The notes beneath the pieces were generated by a model that was given only the letters and a program-made list of their open reading frames with translations, was not told the DNA's origin and did no database searches. A stretch of DNA of 64,000 nt from the NCBI GenBank assembly GCA_010909165.1, contig VJWM01000178.1, positions 410,656 to 474,655 of the forward strand, in the 5' to 3' direction. The stretch is from Anthoceros angustus (lineage: Eukaryota; Plantae; Anthocerotophyta). Both the position numbers and the translations under genes were made by a program. Position 1 is the stretch's first letter. Every line of letters begins with the position of its first letter. Positions 58,031-64,000 of this stretch are shown here, in pieces.

Positions 58031-60773
58031 GTCGGATTGGCATTTCGGTTGGCGAGGTGAAGGAAAAGAGCCACTTGCTAGCGAGATGGAAAGCCGGCAG
58101 AGGCGGATGAAAGGGAAGGAACCCAAGACACGTTCGGCATGGCTGCTGTGGAAACAGAGTTTGTAACCAAGAGTGTCACCAAGGAGGTTCACGTCTGGAA
58201 GATTGATGAAGATGTCAGTCCAGAAGACAAGCAAAAGATCATCGACATGCTCGAGAAAAACAAAGGTGCTTTTGCATTCAGTTGGAATGAGCTAGGGAGG
58301 TATGAAAAGATCAAGTTCAAGATTGTTACCACCAGCTCTGAGCCTATCTTCAGGAGAAGGCATAGGTTGAGTCCAGCAGAGTGGGAGATTGTGGACAAGC
58401 GTTGTCAGGAGCTGTTTGAGGCAGGATTGATTCGTAAATCAAGCTCGAGTATGTCAGCAACTCCTCCAAAGAAGGACGAAAATGGCGAGTGGAAAGATAG
58501 GCGAATGTGGGGACTATCGACCTCTCAACGAGTAACGTTGATGGAGCGGTATCCCATGCCTACTCCGGATGAGATTTTTGATGCAATTGGTAAGGCAAAG
58601 TACTTACCACTTTGGATTTCCTCGTTTCAATCGATTGTGATTGAGGAGCAAGACAAGAGCAAAACGGCTGGGAAAGGATCAGCTTTGGGAATGGGAGACT
58701 ATGCCCTGAAAAATGCTTCCATATATTTCCGGAGAATTGCGACTTGGAGTGCAGGATCCGCCGTTTGCGTTGTTACACATCCTAGTTTTCAGCGACACCA
58801 TCGAGGAACACATGGATCATCCGAGACTCTGCAAAGATTGTCCAAATCAGCTTGAAAGCTCATCCGAAAAGTGCAAATTTGCATTCGGATTGAGTATCTT
58901 GGACATGAAATTGTGCAGGAGGAATCATGCCGATTGGCTAAGGTGCAGGTGTGATGCGATGCCTAGGCCCAAGGATGTGGCAGCCTTAGAGCATTTCGGT
59001 TGGTGAACTACTACGGAGGTTTATGAAAGACCTCACACATGCAAACCCTTGTATGAGATGTCAAGAAGGAGGTAACTTGGAAATGGGATCAAGAACGAGC
59101 TAGCCGGCAAGATCTAAGGGATCAATGGTGAGAAGCCCATCTTGTAGACAGACTTTGAGAAGCCGCTTTGTTCATACGGATTGAGCAGGATAGGAGCGAT
59201 GTCACATCGATGCGAAGGAATGGAGCGAGTTGTGGCTTATGCAAGCGATCCAACAATTCAGAGGTAAACTACTCCTCATATGAAGGAGAGTGTCTTGCTG
59301 CAGTGTGGGCAATGTTGCATTTAATTTGGAAGGCGTTTCCAGTTGGTGACGGATCATCAACCACTTCATTGGCTCATGACCAACATGAAGTTGAGCGGGA
59401 AACTGGCCAGGTGGGCATTGCTGCTGTCCGAATATGACATGGAGATCGTGCATAGGCGCAAGGTGCACCACAATGCATGGTTTGAGTAGGAATCCATGCA
59501 AATCGGCGATGCCGGGCACGACAGATTTGGGACACATGGAAAATGTGCCCAGGCTTTCATGGCACTCATGGCGATCGAAGGTGAAGCAGGAGGAGAGCCG
59601 GATCTTAGTCATCGGGGACATGAGGCATTCACAAGCGTTGCGGCTCAAAGAAGGCAGTACCTAATGTCGTGCGAAACAAGCCCAGAGTGGCGGATACTCA
59701 TGGCGGATGGAGATGCTGAAGGAGAGGTTGTAAAGAAGGTGCCAAGTCCAAGAAAGAAAGGATTGTGATTAAAGTGCATGAAACACTAGGTCACTTTGGT
59801 GTAAAAGGACACACCACATGCTGAAGACCACATATTTCGGTCCCATGTATGCGAGATGTGGAAAGAGTGGTGGCTAGCGCGTGTGATGCAGTGAAGGCTA
59901 GATTTAACACACAAGATGTTGTGTTACACTCTTTACCAATCCGGGTTTGTTTCTTTGGTCGGTGGACTTGATGCCGGAACTACCATTGACAAAGCAAGGA
60001 AATCGTCCGATGGTGATGATTGAGCACTTCTCCAAGTGGGTGGAGGTAGCATTTTCGCCTCAAAGAACCTCATATTACACCAGAGCCTTTGGTGTGTACT
60101 AAATTGGAAGTGCGGGTGCTCACCGATCAAGGCAATGAATTGAGGAGAATTCGGCGTTCGGATGTGTTTGATTGATCACGGAGAACGTCCAGGATCATCC
60201 TCAAGGTGATGGTTTGGCGGAGAGGTTGGTTCGACATTCAAGGACGCCTCAAATCTTGCATCACCATGGAACCCAAGTCGGATGAATTACTTCCTATATT
60301 GTGTTGGGTTATAGAGTGAGTGTAGCATTGGGAAGCTTTCCTTACTTTACATTGTTCGGAAGGAATGCGCTTTGCCCAATGTGGTGCAGACAAATATTCT
60401 ACTCAGAGATTGGAGTAGGAATATGGAGGTGCTTACGGCAAGTGCAAGCTAGAGCGTAAATGTTCAAGGATTCGCCCATGGCTATGGACAATCTTGCGAT
60501 TGCACCGCAGACCAGCTTGAGATATGCTCACACAGGGGCTCATGGAAGCCCAAGGCCGAGTTCGCACAGAGATTATGTGTACCTACAACAGACGGCACAT
60601 TAGATGTCGACCTAGGTTGATTCTCGGTGGTGGTAAATGTGGGAGAGCAAGGAGTAGTGGAACTCGAAGGACGGGATGGCAGAAGGTTCAAGAAACATTT
60701 AGCTCCATGTCACTTGCCAAATCTTGATGCAAGAATTGTTCCCCAAACGTGGGTACCACCAGCGGACTTGCCC

Positions 60774-60908
60774 TGTGAGGCATGCGGGCACACCACGGAT
60801 GAAGAGCTTATGCTCTTATGTGACAGGTGCAACAGAGGCTATCATATTTTCTGTCTCACACCTGCATTAAAGGATATTCCAGAAGGGAATTGGCTGTGTG
60901 AACACTGT
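60774..60908 (+). other. PHD finger at the C-terminus of the Gypsy integrase
   Basis: CEACGHTTDEELMLLCDRCNRGYHIFCLTPALKDIPEGNWLCEHC has all C4HC3 ligands and lies in an intact frame (60627-60992). Confidence 0.95.
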
Positions 60909-61705
60909 GATTCAACAAGTTTGCATGCAGCCATGGCTCTATCTACCGAGAGTAATGAAGAAGAAATCGTTGACACGAGCGAGTTGGAGTAACACTCCAG
61001 CAACTCGTGTTGGAATGGGTACAAGAGGACGAGAGCGAGAAATGGCAGTTGCAAAGAGGAAAGTTCGTGCGGGCGATCTTGACAAAATTCCTTGTTGCCA
61101 AGGCTAGAAGCGCCAACAAGGCTCATGAGGGTCGCTATTCTTGAAGAGTGCCTCGGGAATCACTCACCCTTTCGTGATTGTCCTTCCTCCGAGGAATTTA
61201 GTGACACCAAGGCCAGTGTGGAAGAGAGCACGGCAAATTGTCTTGCCAGCTGGAGGAGTCTTCCTCAGCTGGGGGGCTCGACAATCACAGAGCAAGTGCT
61301 CGCTTTCTTACAGACTGTGTGCAAAGTTGGTTCAAGTTGGATGGATCGAGTTACGAACCATATGCGGAAGGCAGACCACACAAGCCCTAGCACCAATTAG
61401 CGAAGAAGGTGCAGTGGTGTTGGGTCTGAAGCACCCAAGCGCAAGAGAGGGAGGCCACAGCAGCGGCGGTGAGAGGAGATGGAGGCTCACCAACGCGAGC
61501 GTGGGCGGCGAGAAGCACGAAGCGAGAGATGCCTCAACCCGGGCGTGCAGCACCCACGGCTCGTGATGCAACGCCACAACGTGAGAAGCGGTGCTGCTAG
61601 GACAAGGGGCTCGGGAGGCGAGGGCGGTTTGCTCTCTGAGACACACAAGCGGCATGAGCGACGCAGCCGTCGTCGAGTTGCCGTCTTGAGTAGTGCCACC
61701 AAGGT

Positions 61706-62351
61706 GTGCAAGTGTGCGGCAACACAGTGCATCTTCCGGCAGCGTTCCTCACTACGAACAACGAGGGCGCAAGCAAATGGGATTTGTCACTGCAGCGGGC
61801 GTATCAGCCCGAGAGGGGAATTCCTCCAGTGAATTTTAAGGAGCTCGGTGAGTTCCTGTTGTATGTGGAGACGCACCATGAGCGGTGTCGGGTGGAATTC
61901 TACCCCACAGACCACCGTGATTTTTGAGCTGCACAGGAGAGGACTCCAGGCCATGTCCTGGACATGGACAGCCTACTGTGAAGGAGCATGGCGCAAAATC
62001 CAGCACCACTTCTTCATGCATCAAACGTTTGACGGTTTGAGGTTGCCCAAGGAGTTGATCATGTGGGAGGACAGGGTGCCAGAGAGGTTAGTCTATCTGA
62101 AAGATTGGCTTCTGTTTTTCCATCACCTCAAGACAGGCCATAGGAGGAGGGGCCATGTTCGCGGCCGGAGGCTATTTGTGCCTCCCTTTGCCCTTGTTCC
62201 TTGGCCAAGGCCAGGAACTTTACACTCCTTCCGGCCAAAGGCCAAGGACGAATTTTGTTGCTGCAGACAAGTGGATCTGCACATTGAAAACTGGTCAGCA
62301 TGCAGCTATGCGGCCATTGCGCGACAGAGCCCTGCTGGAGGGTATAAATAA
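61706..62351 (+). other. Additional sense ORF downstream of pol (~215 aa when joined across one T-run indel)
   Basis: ORFs 61706-61927 and 61848-62351 join at gatttttgag (~61919-61928) to give ..VEFYPTDHRDF(F)ELHRRGLQAMSWTW.. Confidence 0.5.
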
Positions 62352-63259
62352 CCCCAGAGCCCTCATCTCAATGAGAGAGATACATTTGCTTCCTCCTCTC
62401 CTCTCCTCTTTCCACCATCATGGGCTGCCACGCGATCCTTCAACCAGTATCGTAGCTTTGGTCCGGTTGTGTTGTGATGTTAGAAGATTCTACATGCAGG
62501 CGTGGCAGCGTGGAATGTGATCCATATTATTGTGCGGCGCGAACGCTGCAAGCCGCGAAGCGGGCGAGGCCCATGCTCGGCGCGTCACCGCGAGCGCGCA
62601 GCCAGCGAGCCTTGTGCGCGAGCTGACATAGGCTTGGCTCACCGCGACACGCGCAAGGTCGCGGCGCCGGGCGCCGCGTTCGCCGCTGGCCGGCAAGGCC
62701 TCGCGACGCCCGCGGCGGAGGCCGCGGATCGGGCCGGCGTGGAAGGCCGCAGGCCGGCAGCAAAGCGGTGCAGCCGCGAGGCAGCGACGGCCAGTGGCAG
62801 CGCGTGCTGCGTGCGCGCAGTAGGCGCGGGCGGTGGTGGCAGCGGGCTCCAGCGCAAGCCGCAACAAGCCGGCATGAGCTATGGCCAGTGAGTCACCGCT
62901 GGGGGTGAGAGCGCCCAAGAACCTAGTAGACCTAAATAATCGCGTTGCCGAGCAAGCGGTACCAAATATTCAAATATACTCGGTGACCAATCGGCGTATC
63001 ACATACGGGCCGCACGGTGGTGGGACCCAAGAACGATGGGACCCTCAACGCGTTGGGATTCCCTGAGAGTAAATTTTCAACTCTCGGTGACCCGCCGACA
63101 AGTGAGCCACAAAGATGCATACGGTAAGACAAGGCATAATTACTACAAGAACTTGCGGTTTCTACATTACAAAATAATTTTTGACTTTTCCGACAAGCGA
63201 AGTCAAGTGTTTCGTTTTACGATTTTTGAATCATGATGTCTTCATCATCAGAAAACGTC

Positions 63260-63333
63260 ATGTTCAATATCGAAAAGTTAGATGGTACTAACTTCCCGTT
63301 CTGGAAAGAACACGTGTATAATGTTCTAGTGCA
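63260..63333 (+). mobile_element. Copia gag N-terminal fragment
   Basis: MFNIEKLDGTNFPFWKEHVYNVLVQ. Confidence 0.7.
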
Positions 63334-63567
63334 GGGTGTAAGCATGGTTTGGTGGTACACTTTTGTACCATATGGTTGTGGTACACTTGGTTACTTTTGA
63401 GAGATGAGAGAGAGATGTGAGAGAGTGATGTGAGATAGTCAAAGTTTCACTAAATTAATATTTTTATTCTACTTATACTTATAGTTTTATATCATTGTAG
63501 TTGATTATTTTTATCTTACGTTTACCTTGTCTACTTTTTACATGTTTGAAGGTCACGACCGCTTACC

Positions 63568-63894
63568 TTGACGACGCCTCGCTTGCTCCGCCTCCATGTG
63601 CAAGATGATGAAGACAACTTCGCACATGTAACTTATGAAGGTCGATGGCCATCGCATTCCACGATATCGTCTATGCAATCTTATTACGGAAATTTGCATG
63701 ATGCAAAGGTTGAGGCATTATGGATGGACAAGTGGCTCCTAGCCTACATCCATGGCGACAAAGCGGAGTTCCATATTTTGGAGAGTGGGAAAAATCCACT
63801 AATGAAATTTTTGAAGGATCTCGTAAACGATCTTTCCTTCTTTGGGAAGTCTCAAATGTACCATAGAGATTTTAAAAGTGAAAACCTTTTATAA
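63568..63894 (+). pseudogene. Protein kinase-like fragment
   Basis: FLKDLVNDLSFFGKSQMYHRDFKSENLL* resembles a kinase catalytic loop (HRDxKxxN) and is followed by a stop. Confidence 0.5.
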
Positions 63895-64000
63895 CATAGC
63901 TGAAAACACTTGCTGCATACTTGTGATTGACCCACCATCGGGAAAAATTGAAACAATTTGATGCAAGTGACGGTCGATTGACTGGATGAGCAATGGGCGC

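Larger units (their letters stand above)
54770..62351 (+). mobile_element. Ty3/Gypsy retrotransposon: gag(2x CCHC)-PR-DNMT-RT-RH-INT-PHD plus an extra ORF; LTRs not delimited
   Basis: Zinc knuckles at 55876-55914 and 55951-55992; protease LVDTGA at 56536-56553; RT (58139-58855) RLSPAEWEIV..YPMPTPDEIFD; RH ASRSNN..NYSSYEGECLAAVWA..KLARWALLLSEYD; INT HETLGHFGV, IEHFSKW, LTDQG, HPQGDGLAER. The boundaries are approximate. Confidence 0.9.

Noticed and set aside
62340-63140. Candidate 3' LTR of the Gypsy element (TATA-like motif, GC-rich block)
   Set aside because: No matching 5' copy, PPT or TG..CA ends were found in the window, so the boundaries are unsupported.

Overview
Land-plant nuclear DNA. 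Gene density, ~80-110 bp introns and PPR editing-factor variants (KPAxA/DRH-type and WW-type) suggest a hornwort, or possibly a fern or lycophyte; this is inference. 1-8.3 kb is a mosaic of scrambled gene fragments (IleRS in three pieces, DYW:KP-type PPR in several pieces, an intact-looking OST4 micro-ORF) around a Sola/DUF7869-like transposase relic. 8.4-39.7 kb is a compact gene block: STIG1-like, TLP18.3, LpxK, a large PLS-PPR, ELF4-like, an acidic tail-anchored protein, ATP11, ANKRD39-like, Maf and SOQ1. It also holds a 1.75 kb tandem duplication upstream of ELF4 and a tRNA-Glu-derived sequence. 40-64 kb is a TE nest: CACTA-like ends, a Ty1/Copia element whose RT is split by a 2.5 kb insert, and a Ty3/Gypsy element. 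The standout feature is that this Gypsy pol carries a C5 DNA cytosine methyltransferase domain between protease and RT, plus a PHD finger after integrase. The TE region and some G-runs contain many 1-2 bp deletions, which look like unpolished long-read errors, so individual frameshifts may not be real.
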